Part shown: one piece after another, positions 11,103 to 21,590 of the stretch
Layout of the letters: each line of letters opens with the position of its first letter
Numbering within the stretch: the first letter of the stretch is position 1
Origin: Octopus vulgaris
Lineage: Eukaryota
DNA: 64,000 nucleotides
Assembly (NCBI GenBank): GCA_951406725.2
Contig: OX597817.1
Span: forward strand, 144,956,001-145,020,000
Reading direction: 5' to 3'
Made by a program: the position numbers and the translations under genes
The notes under the pieces: model-generated
Seen by the model: the letters and a program-made list of their open reading frames with translations, nothing else
What the model was told of the DNA's origin: nothing
Databases searched by the model: none

Positions 11103-11892
11103 ACCAGCAGCGATTCTCCAAATTTCTTCAATGTTTGTGTACAACTCTGATTTTCCAGCAACTCTTTTAATCCAGGTAAATTACAAGGTGGGGGACTTGA
11201 AATTCTTGTTGCTGCTAGTCTAGTTCACTGTGTAACCACAGTGACATTGTGTGTACTGTGTATTTATATGTATTTCTCAACTGCATTTGTTAGTGGCAGA
11301 ACCAAAATTTCAAGATATCCTCTTCTTATTTACCTTAAAGCTATCCTTAGCTATTGCTACTACAGGTGAGAAAGCTGAGAGCATCAATGATAGTGTCATA
11401 TGTAGACATCAATCCATATGATTTAAGATAAAGTAGGTAGAATTGTTGAAAAAGATAGACCATGGTATTTCAGAAGGTAAACTGTATGATACCTGTGACT
11501 TTGGTTCATCTACTCTTTATGGTATAAAGAAGCAAAGGGATAAAATTTCCACATCATCAGCATTTCTAGACTTTCACAGTCACATCTTCAGGATGTAAGA
11601 AAAATGTTGAAATGAGAACATAGTCATGTGTTCAATACATGTGCATGTGCGTGTATATAAGAGTTTGTGAAATATGAAGTATTTCAAATATAGTAAGTAT
11701 TTTAAATGTAGTAAAACTCAAAGCAGATGATAAATCTAGAAATGATCGCATGTAAATATTGGCTTGAATTGCACACGATTAGAGTTCTGACTTCTTGTTA
11801 TAAACAAGTTTTCTAATAGATGCATGTATACATATATACATACATGTGAATCTGTTTCTATGTGTTGGTGTGTTTATGTGCTTATGAGTTGC

Positions 11893-12324
11893 TTAATCCA
11901 TTTGCCTTCAAACCAGCCATATCCAGCCAAAATATTCTAGGGAAAGTTTACGAAAAAAACAAAAGACGAAGACAGGTGGTGTACAAAACAAACAGATGTA
12001 TTAGTATAATGCTCAGGAATAGAAAAAGTCTTTTACGTTTCGAGCCTATGCTCTTCTACAGAAAGGGATACAGAAAAAAACAGGGAGAGAAGAAAAGGAG
12101 AGAAAAAAATGTGTGTAGTGACTAACGATTTATCATGGCGAAAATATTCTACCAGTCTTTATGTTCAAACTGGCTAGATCTGGCCTCTCATACTTTACCT
12201 TACAACTAAAAAGCAACTGCACCATTGAAATCTCAAAGCTACAAGATAATGCCTGACTAATTCAAATGAATTTGAATAAATAAGTATTACATTTGACAGA
12301 GTAATCTGAATGCTAAAGTGTTAA
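11893..12324. mobile_element. piggyBac-like (TTAA-flanked) MITE interrupted by a Penelope-type insert
   Basis: ttaatccatttg...ttcaaaccagccatatccag at the left end, atctgaatgctaaagtgttaa at the right. A homologous copy without this insert lies at 57143-57480. Confidence 0.65.
11940..12140 (-). mobile_element. Penelope-like element terminal (pLTR) fragment with hammerhead motif at 12028-12065
   Basis: Homologous to 19610-19821. 11-bp TSD aaaatattcta (11929-11939 / 12141-12151). Minus strand reads cttt-CTGTAGA-a-gagc atag gctc-GAAACGTA-aaagac. Confidence 0.75.
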
Positions 12325-13149
12325 TGTTTAAAAAGTTTGTAGAAAAATGTTTGAACGTAAACTTCACAAACGAAATGATGCAGAAAAATGATAAGTGAAG
12401 GCATCTAGTTGTACAATTTCCGCAGGCCATTTCTGGCAGGGCAACGCATACATTAAACTATTATTGATAATAATAGTGTTACTGATGATGATGATAATGA
12501 TGAGGATGAATTAAGGACCACCTATGTACCAGAAGAGAGGATTCTAACAGAGTGAGAGATAGAGTGATAAGGAGAGAAAGTATTATCTTTAAAAATATGT
12601 AAAATGTTTCTTACATTGTGAGTTGACCCATGAATTATGTAATTAGGTCTTTAGAAAATTTTGTCAGACAAAATATCTTTAAAATAATATTATGTTACGA
12701 CATTTTATTTTTAAGTTGTTTGTGAATTTATGAGTATTTTGGTGAAAAGAAACTTCAAAACTTTTTAACTTGTCTCTCACATACAAACAAGCTCTAATGG
12801 TTTTATCTACATGAGTACACTTACATACACATGCATGCACACACACACATACATATGTGCATACACATTCTTCTATCTATCTATCTATCTATCTATCTAC
12901 CTATCGGGTGAATTGTTGGAACAAACAAGAAAAACAGATTTCAATATGTAAAAGTATATTTTTTAATAAGCTGCGAAGTTACATAAGTGACTCAAGGACA
13001 GACAGTTTAGTTTAGTGCATTGTACTTATCAACATGTGTGTGGTGTGTCTGTATGCACATACACACATGTGTGCACACATACATAGAAAAGCATACATAT
13101 ATACACATCACACTCAGGTGTGTGTGTGTATATATATATATATGTATGT

Positions 13150-13530
13150 ATTCTTTTACTTGTTTCAGTCATTTGACTGTGGCCATGCTGGAGTACCACC
13201 TTTAGTCGAGCAAATCTATTGCAGGACTTATTATTTGTAAGCTTAGTACTTATTGTATGTCTCTTTTGATGAACTGCTAAGTTACAGGGATGTAAACACA
13301 CCACCATCAATTGTCAAGCGATGTTGGGGGAACAAACATATACACACACATTCATACATATATATGTATATATACGACTGGCTTCTTTCAGTTTCTGTCT
13401 CCCAAATCCACTCACAAGGCTTTGATCAGCCTGAAGCTATAGTAGAAGACACTTGCCCAAAGTGCCACACAGTGGGACTAAACCTTGGACCATGTGGTTG
13501 GTAAACAAACTACTTACCACACAGCCACTC
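13150..13530 (-). mobile_element. SINE family A
   Basis: Reverse-complement match from tail (cttttacttgtttcagtcatttgactg) to head (cttaccacacagccactcc). Confidence 0.9.
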
Positions 13531-13739
13531 CAAATCAAATGTGTTTTTGCACATATTCATCTGTACAGCAGAGTATGCGCAAAAATGCATTCAGTCAAAA
13601 TGCTGTTGACTAAAAGTGCATATGCCTACTCATGCAAACATAATATTCATATAACACTTTCATACAAACACATTGGTTCAATAGTGTTATGAGTGAGGAG
13701 TCTAATGTGGGTCTTGTATTAGCATGCAATATATATATA

Positions 13740-13994
13740 TTAGACAAAATGAGATAATAAAGCCAAGGTTGTGAAGTGTTTTCAGGAAATTTATAAGGAA
13801 AAAGATGTAGATGTAGTCTTACGGCTGTTTCTGGGATATTAAGGATATCCCTTCATCAGAGACCTCTATTTAATCATCTCACATCATCTGATGAAGGGAT
13901 ATCCATAATATCCCAGAAACAGCTGTAAGACTATCTTTTTCCTTATAAATTTCTTGAAAACACTTCACAACCTTGGCTTTGTTATCTCATTTTG

Positions 13995-13999
<5 letters not shown>
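13740..13999. mobile_element. Inverted pair of Penelope-type termini, each carrying a hammerhead core
   Basis: ~120-bp arms (13740-13860 / 13887-13999) between (TA)n tracts. Minus arm: gtct-CTGATGA-a-gggatat cctta atatccc-a-GAAAC agcc GTA-agac. Plus arm: CTGATGA-a-gggatat ccata atatccc-a-GAAAC agct GTA-agac. Confidence 0.8.
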
Positions 14000-14035
<36 letters not shown>

Positions 14036-14182
14036 CATACAAACATATGTACATACATACAAACATATATATACATATATATACACACAGACACACACAC
14101 ACACATATATATATATACTCACACACACACACATATATATACATACATATATGTCTATATATATATACATATATATATATAG

Positions 14183-14223
<41 letters not shown>

Positions 14224-14280
14224 CATGTATATATATGTATATATATATATGTGTATATACATACACACACATACATATTA
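13999..14280. repeat. Compound (TA)n/(CA)n microsatellite
   Basis: Direct inspection. Confidence 0.95.
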
Positions 14281-14847
14281 CTCTCACACAAACCAGCAAC
14301 ACCCACCCAACTCCATCAAATATGTTAATACAGTAGTCATTCTCACTCAAAGAGGATCCTGGCCACCCCTTATCCACCACATTAATCTGTGATGCTCTTG
14401 GATGCAGCACCCCATGGCAATGTTTACATGGCCTCTTTTCTCTAAGTTGTGTATTTAATGACTTTGTCCCATTTACACACTTCTCCTGTCTTCAAAGTCT
14501 GCTGCTGCTGCTTCTCCTTGTCCCTACCCCACCCCCTACCCCATCTTCATTTGCTTTTGGTATGAAATCTCATCTGATTTGTTACCATTTCCATATCTCT
14601 TTCCTTTCCACCCCTTAAACTGACCTTTTAATGCCTCAGTGATAACAGAAGCTGGCAAAGTCTGCAAGAGAGAAGAAGTTCAGGGAATATTTGCTTGTAT
14701 GATATATATATATTGACTGACCTGTCATTAGCTATCTCTCATCACCATCACTACCACGACCACCATTATCATCATCATCATCATTTTCGTCATCATCTAC
14801 ATCACTCACTTCCACCAGCATTATCATCTGTCCATTTTTCTTTGAGG

Positions 14848-14998
14848 TCTTCTTCTTCTTCTTTGCCTTCTTCTTCACCTTCTTCTTCTTCTTCTTCTTC
14901 TTCTTCTTCTTCTTCTTCTTCTTCTTCTTCTTCTTCTTCTTCTTCTTCTTCTTCTTCTTCTTCTTCTTCTCCTTCTCCTTCTCCTTCTTCTTCTTTTT
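14848..14998. repeat. (TTC)n microsatellite
   Basis: ~150 bp of ttc repeats; source of the poly-S/poly-E/poly-K ORFs. Confidence 0.95.
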
Positions 14999-15194
14999 CT
15001 TCAAGACACACTCAGCATCCTGTGTTGTTTGACGGCTGTTTTCTGCATCTGTAAAAAAAAGAAGTGCCGTTCACACAACTGATTGATGGCAGTTCCAGTG
15101 TTCTCGCAAATTACATCACTAGTGTGATACAAGTTAATCCTGTATATAGAATTAGAGGCTGTCATTGTCTGTCTATGTGTATGTGTGTGTCTGA

Positions 15195-15330
15195 TACAAA
15201 AAAAAAAAACAAAGACAAAATAAAAAAACAAATGATGTATTAGGCTGACACTCAGGAAAATTGGAAGATGTCTTTAACATTTTGAGCTAATGCTCTTCTA
15301 TGGAAAGGCCAGAAGAGGAGAGAAAGATAT
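15195..15330 (-). mobile_element. Decayed Penelope-type pLTR fragment (same family as 11940-12140)
   Basis: gatgtattaggctgacactcaggaa...gtctttaacattttgagctaatgctcttctatggaaag aligns with 11995-12065. Confidence 0.6.
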
Positions 15331-15527
15331 GTAAATTTTGATATAACTTTTGTATCAGTTTTTCTTAGCTGGCTCGGAACTGAGCTTATTAAAGCAGTCT
15401 TTTATGAGCACATACCCTTCTTGATGCTGACCCTTTTAGTTGCCAGTAGCAATCTACAAACATACAGTATATGTCTTCCAAAGACTGGAATACACACATG
15501 CATACACACATGTATAGAATATATGTA

Positions 15528-16086
15528 CGAGGGTGAGTCAAAAAGTAATGCCATTTTGTTTAGGACATGTGTAATTACCAACACAGGAACATGTATCATC
15601 AAAAGGAAGCTGGTCCTCTGTGGATCACATCCCTACTTTTCAACATAGTCACCATTTCTCTCAATAGCAATGTTCCACCTTCAAATGAGAGCATGTATCC
15701 CTGCCCTGTAAAATTCTGTTGATTGTTCTTTGAGCCACTTCTTCACTACTGTTTTCACTTCCTCAGTGGAATAATATAGCACCTTCAGATTATCATCTGT
15801 TCGGCCCCATGAAAGAGGGTTTGAGAGGCAAACATTATTCCAGTGACGAGGAAATGAAAACTGTAGTGAAGAAGTGGCTCAAAGAACAGTCAACAGAAAT
15901 TTACGGGGCAGGGATACATACACTCATTCGAAAGTGGAACATTGCTATTGAGAGAAACGGTGACTGTTGAGAAGTAGGGATGTGATTCGCAGAGGACCAG
16001 CTTCATTTTGATGTATGATACATGTTCCTGTGCTCGTAATTATATCTGTCCTAAACAAAATGGCATTACTTTTTGACTCACCCTCG
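15528..16086 (+). mobile_element. Palindromic mariner-derived non-autonomous transposon with transposase C-terminal remnant
   Basis: TA TSD (15526-27 / 16087-88); ends cgagggtgagtcaaaaagtaatgcc / ggcattactttttgactcaccctcg; ~250-bp inverted arms. From 15776 the + frame reads IAPSDYHLFGPMKEGLRGKHYSSDEEMKTVVKKWLKEQSTEIYGAGIHTLIRKWNIAIERNGD (mariner APSDYHLF motif). Confidence 0.9.
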
Positions 16087-16239
16087 TATCGATATATTTT
16101 CGAATAGAATTAAGGATAAAATCACTTTAATGACTTCATTAAGTGGCTAGCGTGAAATTAAAAACCTTGTGGGTAACATTTTATATTAATTTATAATTAT
16201 ATGTATAATTATATTAAAGGGTGCGGATTAACCACACCA

Positions 16240-16455
16240 GCATGCTAGAAATAGAAACTAAATGGCTCTAAAACCACCTCAGTATTCTATTAGCACAGGT
16301 TGTAAGCAGGTAGATGGAAAACTTAAGATTTTCTAATTAATTGTAAATCAATTTCAAACTTAACATTATAAAACACCCAGTTATCATCTGTATGATATGT
16401 GCTAATGGAGTATTGAAGTGGTTTTAGAGCCATTTGGTGTCTATTTCTAGTGTGC
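16240..16455. repeat. Imperfect inverted repeat, ~57-bp arms
   Basis: 16240-16297 (gcatgctagaaatag...aaatggctctaaaaccac...ttagcaca) vs 16398-16455. Confidence 0.7.
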
Positions 16456-17241
16456 CCTTTAGTTTGTTTTCGCCATCATACTCAAGCCCATACTGGAACA
16501 CTGCTTTCAGATATATAATGACTTTCAGAAAAAAAAAATAGAAAAGCAAACAAAATTCTATTTTAACTATTTATTGACAAAACTTATTTAACTTTCTCTC
16601 ATTGAGTTCGTCCTTAAGTAAACAATAGGGTTTAAAAATCACCTTTTTTCTTTGTTTTCATTCATTTTAAAAATTTTGTTTCTGTAGCTTAAAGAACATA
16701 TTAGAATTCTCTGTTTTGGAAAAAAACACCTGCAAGAACATAAATGATTTGTATTTTGGTACATTGCTAAATAGATTTCTTTTATTTACATTTTTTCTCT
16801 TTATTTATATATTTTGAACTTCTCTTGTCCTCCTCCGTCCCACTCTCAGTTTTGTTTATATCTCTCCTCTTGTAATGGTCTACTTTATTCCAGGAACATT
16901 CACTGCCGATGATAGAGAGCAGTGTTAATAAATATTATCTTATCAGTCAGCAAGTTGTCTGACAGACTGATGGAAAATGAAGAAGAGATAAATGAAGAAG
17001 AGATAGGAACTATTCTTCCTTGTAGTTTGTGTTTTGGTTATATAGTTTCATTCCTTTACAAATGAGGAGCCAGCTGTGTGTGTGTGTGTGTAAGTAGATA
17101 GGTTGTATATATGTGTGTGTATATACATGTGCTTGTGTGTATGTGTATATATATATATGTATATATGTACATGTGTGTATATCTGCATGTGTGTATGTAT
17201 ATATGTCTCTCTCTCTCTCTCTGTACATATATATATATATA

Positions 17242-17613
17242 CTAGCAGTATCGCCCGGCGTTGCTCAGGTTTGTAAGGGAAATAACTATAAAGCATTTTT
17301 AGAGAGTTATAGCCAAAAAATAGCAAAAAAATGATGGTAAATTTTTTTGAGAGTTAAAAAAGGTGGAGTTGCGTCCCCTAGACGGTCTGTGGTTTGGGTT
17401 TCTGATTCTCGACCCCATGTCGAATTTATCGATTTTTTTCAGAACTGGGGGAACTTTTCAAAATTTTCGCTGCGTTAGTTTTGAATTATGACATTGGGCT
17501 ATGTGTGTGTCAAGTTTCATCAGAATCGGTTGAAAGCCGTGGTCAGAGTGAGGGTACGAGAAAACAGACACACAGAAAACGCACAGACAAACTGCCGTTT
17601 ATATAGAGAGAGA
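17242..17613 (-). mobile_element. Non-autonomous Helitron
   Basis: Minus strand begins TC(tctctctatataaacgg...) and ends ...gagcaacgccgggcgatactgCTAG, inserted between A and T with no TSD. GC-rich subterminal hairpin and internal (CAGA)-like microsatellite are typical of invertebrate Helitron-N elements. Confidence 0.85.
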
Positions 17614-17959
17614 TATATATAAGCATATGCATGTTTACATATTTGTGTATTTGTGCATGTATATCTGTGTATGTCTGTCTATGTATATCTGTGTATGTTT
17701 AACGTTTGTGTGTGTCTTTAGTTAAAAACGAATCTAGACTAACTTACATGGATCATTTACCTTATATCTCACTACATACACTATCTAAGTTTTTTTTTTT
17801 ACTTCTTGTGTCTGTTTTATTTTTGTTTGTTTGTTTTTCTTTGATATTTCTAAAATCTAAGAAATCTAACATTTCACCGACCCAGAATGGAAATACAAAA
17901 AAAAGAAACAGAAAACCACTTTAATACTCTGTTATATTTCCTCATTATCATTTTACATC

Positions 17960-18245
17960 AGCTTTTCTGTGTAGTCATGGGTCAGACAGATGAACAAGTA
18001 GCCAGATGCTGTGCCAGAGTAGACAGGTCTCCTTCAACACACCATCCAGCCACTTGTTCACCTCTTTCATGAGGTTCAGCATTCTGAAGTCATCTTTCAA
18101 GATCTTTTTTTTTCCTCTTCATCAGTCTTCCTCTCATGCCAGCTCCTTCCATTTCATTCAATTGGCATCTCTTTACTAAACCATTACCTTGCAAATGCAT
18201 TGCATATCTTGTCCCAACAATCTCTTTTCTCTTTCACTCTACTGC
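17960..18245 (-). mobile_element. Old, degenerate RTE ORF C-terminal fragment
   Basis: Minus strand gives, with frameshifts, ..VKEKRL..LVKRCQLNEMEGAGMRGRLMKR...KDDFRMLNL.., aligning with the RTE peptide at 54799-55071. Confidence 0.5.
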
Positions 18246-18496
18246 ATATATACACACATGCGTGCACATGCATGTGTGTGTGTCATCTTTATTCACATTG
18301 TTGCAATTTTTTAAAAGTAAATTCCCTTGGGGTCACAGTGACCATAGCACTTTTGCAGGCTCTTCCAGACAATTGACATTCAAGTCCAGCTGAATAATGA
18401 TACCAGTAGAAACACAACCCATCTAGCAGTTTTCTGCTCCTTATTATCCTAAGGGTTCATATGTATATGTGTGTGTGTGTTTCTATATATATATAT

Positions 18497-19821
18497 ATCT
18501 CCCACCCACGTTGCCGCACTTGCCCTTACCTCTCCAACACCACCCGCCTCACTAGCACCCACCATCGACCCTATCCCATCATCCACTCCTTCACCTGCAC
18601 CTCCAGCAATATTATCTATTGCATCTCTTGCTCTCTCTGCAATTCCTTGTACATTGGACAAACGGGACGCCGCTTGGCTGACCGGTTCGCGGAACACCTT
18701 CGTGACATCCACCTTGCGAATGACACACCGGTCTCACGCCATTTCCGCTCCACCGGTCACTCCTTGCAACACCTATCTGGGTTCGGTTTGTCCTTACACA
18801 GAGGCCATCCGGATTCCCGTTTGCGCCGTGAACAGGAATTAATCTTCTCTCTTCGCTCTTATACGCCATTTGGTCTCAACTCTCCCCCCTCCTCATCTAA
18901 CCCCCTCTCCCCCTCCTCACCTATCCTTTCCCCCCGACCCCTACTTCTTCAGTCCTTCATCCTTTCACCCCTACTCCCCTTCCCTTCTTCCCTCTTTCTC
19001 CCTCCCTCTTCCCCTTCCCTCTGCTCCCTCACTCCCTCTCTCTCCCCCCTCTCCCTCTTTCCTCCTTCATCCCTCTCCTCCCCCATCCTCTCTTCTTCCC
19101 CCTCCCCTTCTCTCCCCCCTCTTCTCCCCCTCTTCTCCTCACTACACCACATGACTTTACACATCACATCACATATGATGTGCCATACTAATACACACAC
19201 CAACTAATACATACTAATACGTACTAATACATACTAGTACATACTAATACATACACCAACCCTATACATACACACGTCCAGACCCCGCATACGCACTTAT
19301 ACTCTCTCATACACACACACACACACTTATACATACCAATACGTACTAATACATACTAATACATACTAATACATACACCAACCCCATACATACGCACGTC
19401 CAGACCAATCCTACGCACTAATACTCTCTCATACACACACACACACACACACACACCCTTATACATACTAATACATACTAATACATACACACATCCAGAC
19501 CGCTCCTACGCACTATTAGCTGGTCCCTCAACCCTTTTATCAACCCTATTATCTCCCCTTATTTCGCTCTCGCGTCTCATGTTTGATTTTTGACCTCTGG
19601 CCGAAATCAGATCGCCATGTTGATTCGTTAGCTACTGCACGCATTTTTTTCTCTCCTTCTTTCTGTGTTTTTCTCTCTCTGTGTATCTTTCTGTTGAAGA
19701 GCGTAGGCTCGAAACGTTAAAGACTTGTTTTATTTATATTTCCTGAGCGCCATACTAATACAATTGTTCGTTTGTTTTCCACCTGCCTTCGTCTTTTGTT
19801 TATTTTCATAAAGCTTCCCGT
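18497..19821 (+). mobile_element. 5'-truncated Penelope-like element: GIY-YIG endonuclease domain, low-complexity spacer and pLTR
   Basis: 18497-18880 reads CRTCP...FTCTSSNIIYCISCSLCNSLYIGQTGRRLADRFAEH...PVSRHF...H...RLRREQELIFSLRSYTPFGLN, the PLE GIY-YIG with an upstream CxxC (Neptune-like). Followed by a pyrimidine tract, atacatacta minisatellite and hammerhead-bearing terminus. (TA)n on both sides. Confidence 0.9.
19686..19723 (+). ncRNA. Minimal type I hammerhead-like motif (non-canonical core)
   Basis: tcttt-CTGTTGA-a-gagc gtag gctc-GAAACGTT-aaaga: stem I tcttt/aaaga, stem II gagc/gctc, palindromic stem III (aacgtt), as in PLE minimal hammerheads. Core A6 is U. Confidence 0.65.
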
Positions 19822-19982
19822 TATATATATATATAGTTGAGGTTATAAGAGGTAATGGTGTCATTGAGACCCAAAGGTGTCAGGCAATGCTGAATAAGTG
19901 CTATAGACAGATCATAGTTAAGTTCCAGATTCGATAATATTGCGAATAAAGGGTTCAATGTTGGTTCTATGTCAGCGTGTGT

Positions 19983-20090
19983 ATATATGAATTTTTTGCA
20001 TAATGAGATAAAAAACCAAGGCTGTATAGAATGCTCTAATATCTATACAGCCTTGGTTTTTTATCTCATTACGCAAAAAATTCCTATATA
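19983..20090. repeat. Near-perfect hairpin (~40-bp arms) in (TA)n, related to the termini of 13740-13999
   Basis: gaattttttgcataatgagataaaaaaccaaggctgtataga / tctatacagccttggttttttatctcattacgcaaaaaattc; aatgagata...ccaagg is shared with 13748-13768. Confidence 0.8.
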
Positions 20091-20101
20091 TATATATATA
20101 T

Positions 20102-20215
20102 ATTGGCCTGCTCGCTTAGCCAGCGGGGTGGCGTCATTTGAAGGTTAAAACAATGTGAAGCGCATTGTGACCAGCGATGTGTAGCAACATCTGATAGCCT
20201 GGTCGGTCACAGTGA
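20102..20215 (+). mobile_element. Short retroposon 3' fragment sharing its end with an RTE LINE
   Basis: gaagcgcattgtgaccagc...catctgatagcctggtcggtcacagtga aligns to the reverse complement of 37705-37770. Confidence 0.6.
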
Positions 20216-20257
20216 TATATATATATGTATATACATATATGTGTGTATGTATATGTA

Positions 20258-20551
20258 TGTTTGTTCATTCTCGAGTCATGCCTGGCTCATAAGGCCGGTT
20301 TCCCAGTTTCCTTGGCGTATAGGTTCCCCACCTGGATGGGATGCCAGTCCGTCGCAAGTGAGCTGCAAGATGCAGGAGGAAAGAATGAGAGAAAGTTGTG
20401 GCAAAAGAGTCAGCAGAAGTTCGCCATTACCTTCTGCCGGAATCGTGTGAAACTTTGGTGTTTCGCTCATAAACACACACATCACCTGGTCTGAGATTTG
20501 ATCCCTCGACCGCGAGTCCACTGCTCTAACTACTAGGCCATGTACCTCCAC
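20258..20551 (-). mobile_element. tRNA-derived SINE, family E (variant 2) with MetaSINE-like central domain
   Basis: Head gtggaggtacatggcctagtagttagagcagtggactcgcggtcgaggga shared with 10720. 3' part gcgacggactggcatcccatccagg...ggaaactgggaaaccggcc resembles the Meta domain (recalled similarity). Confidence 0.75.
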
Positions 20552-20708
20552 TATGTATATATATAGTTATTGTATATTCTGTTAAGAACGTAACAGAGTA
20601 CAGTATAGAGCTTGTTCACATTCAGATTTCACCCTGTGCTATCCAGTAGTAGTATTATTTGTACTTCCAGGTTTGCATTTGGGCATTTGTCCTCTGTGAA
20701 TAGATAAC

Positions 20709-20884
20709 TGAAAAGACTTGGAGTCAACAAGAAAGAGTATGGTTCGAGATTTATTTTCAATCACTACAATTATTTCTACATGATGTAGTTCTCCAAGTGT
20801 AGTTCTATGTTGCATAGAAACAATTGTAGTGATTGAAAATAAATGTCCAACCGTACTCCTTCCTGTTGACTCCAAATTTTTTCA
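20709..20884. repeat. Inverted repeat, ~70-bp arms
   Basis: 20709-20778 vs 20815-20884 (ttggagtcaacaagaaagagtatggtt...atttattttcaatcactacaatt / aattgtagtgattgaaaataaat...tgttgactccaa). Confidence 0.8.
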
Positions 20885-20920
20885 CTTATATATATATATA
20901 TATACACACACATGCATATA

Positions 20921-21131
20921 TATATATTAAAAATGGGGAAGGCCGGTTTATGGGATTACTTTACAGGTTTCCCATCCATCATCAGATCCCAAAAACCTGT
21001 TGGCCTGTGACCTCTTAAAAAGTATTTTTGAGAGGTTTTGGGGATCCAACAACATGCCATTAAGTTAAATCCTTTATGGACAGGAAACCTAAGGAAATCC
21101 CATAAACTGGCCTTCCCCATTTTTAATATAT
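20921..21131. repeat. Element with ~37-bp terminal inverted repeats in (TA)n
   Basis: tatatattaaaaatggggaaggccggtttatgggatt / aatcccataaactggccttccccatttttaatatata. Confidence 0.8.
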
Positions 21132-21183
21132 ACTGCTCTACATCTTAGAGTGTGCTTCTTCTTTCAGATTTATGTTTTTTACA

Positions 21184-21217
<34 letters not shown>

Positions 21218-21534
21218 TCAGTAAAAACAATCAAGATTCAAGTGTGTTCCTATGAATTCACATGAATGCGGTACTTAACTTAGATGCACCAGAAATCTAT
21301 ATGATATTAACCATAAAATAATGTGGGGTGATTATAAACAAGAAAAAAGCAACAAAATGAAGTGTCCCGTATTCATCAGCCAAAACACATATGAGTTTTC
21401 CAAACATCCTAGGGGGTGAGGCTACACTCATGAAGTATCGAAGAGAGTCTGCAATATTTGCAGCTTTTAATAAAGCTGTTCTTCGTATGAAACAATTGTA
21501 CTGAACAACTAATCCATTCTTGTTGCTTTTTTCT

Positions 21535-21590
<56 letters not shown>

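Noticed and set aside
13954-15054. Long ORFs rich in YI/HT/VC, poly-S, poly-E or poly-K
   Set aside because: Translations of (TA)n, (CA)n and (TTC)n microsatellites. The same applies to ORFs at 47390-49939, 55899-56174 and 61113-61582.
18881-19207. Pro/Ser/Leu-rich extension of the 248-aa ORF
   Set aside because: Read-through into a C/T low-complexity tract after the natural end of the GIY-YIG domain (GLN); not credible protein.
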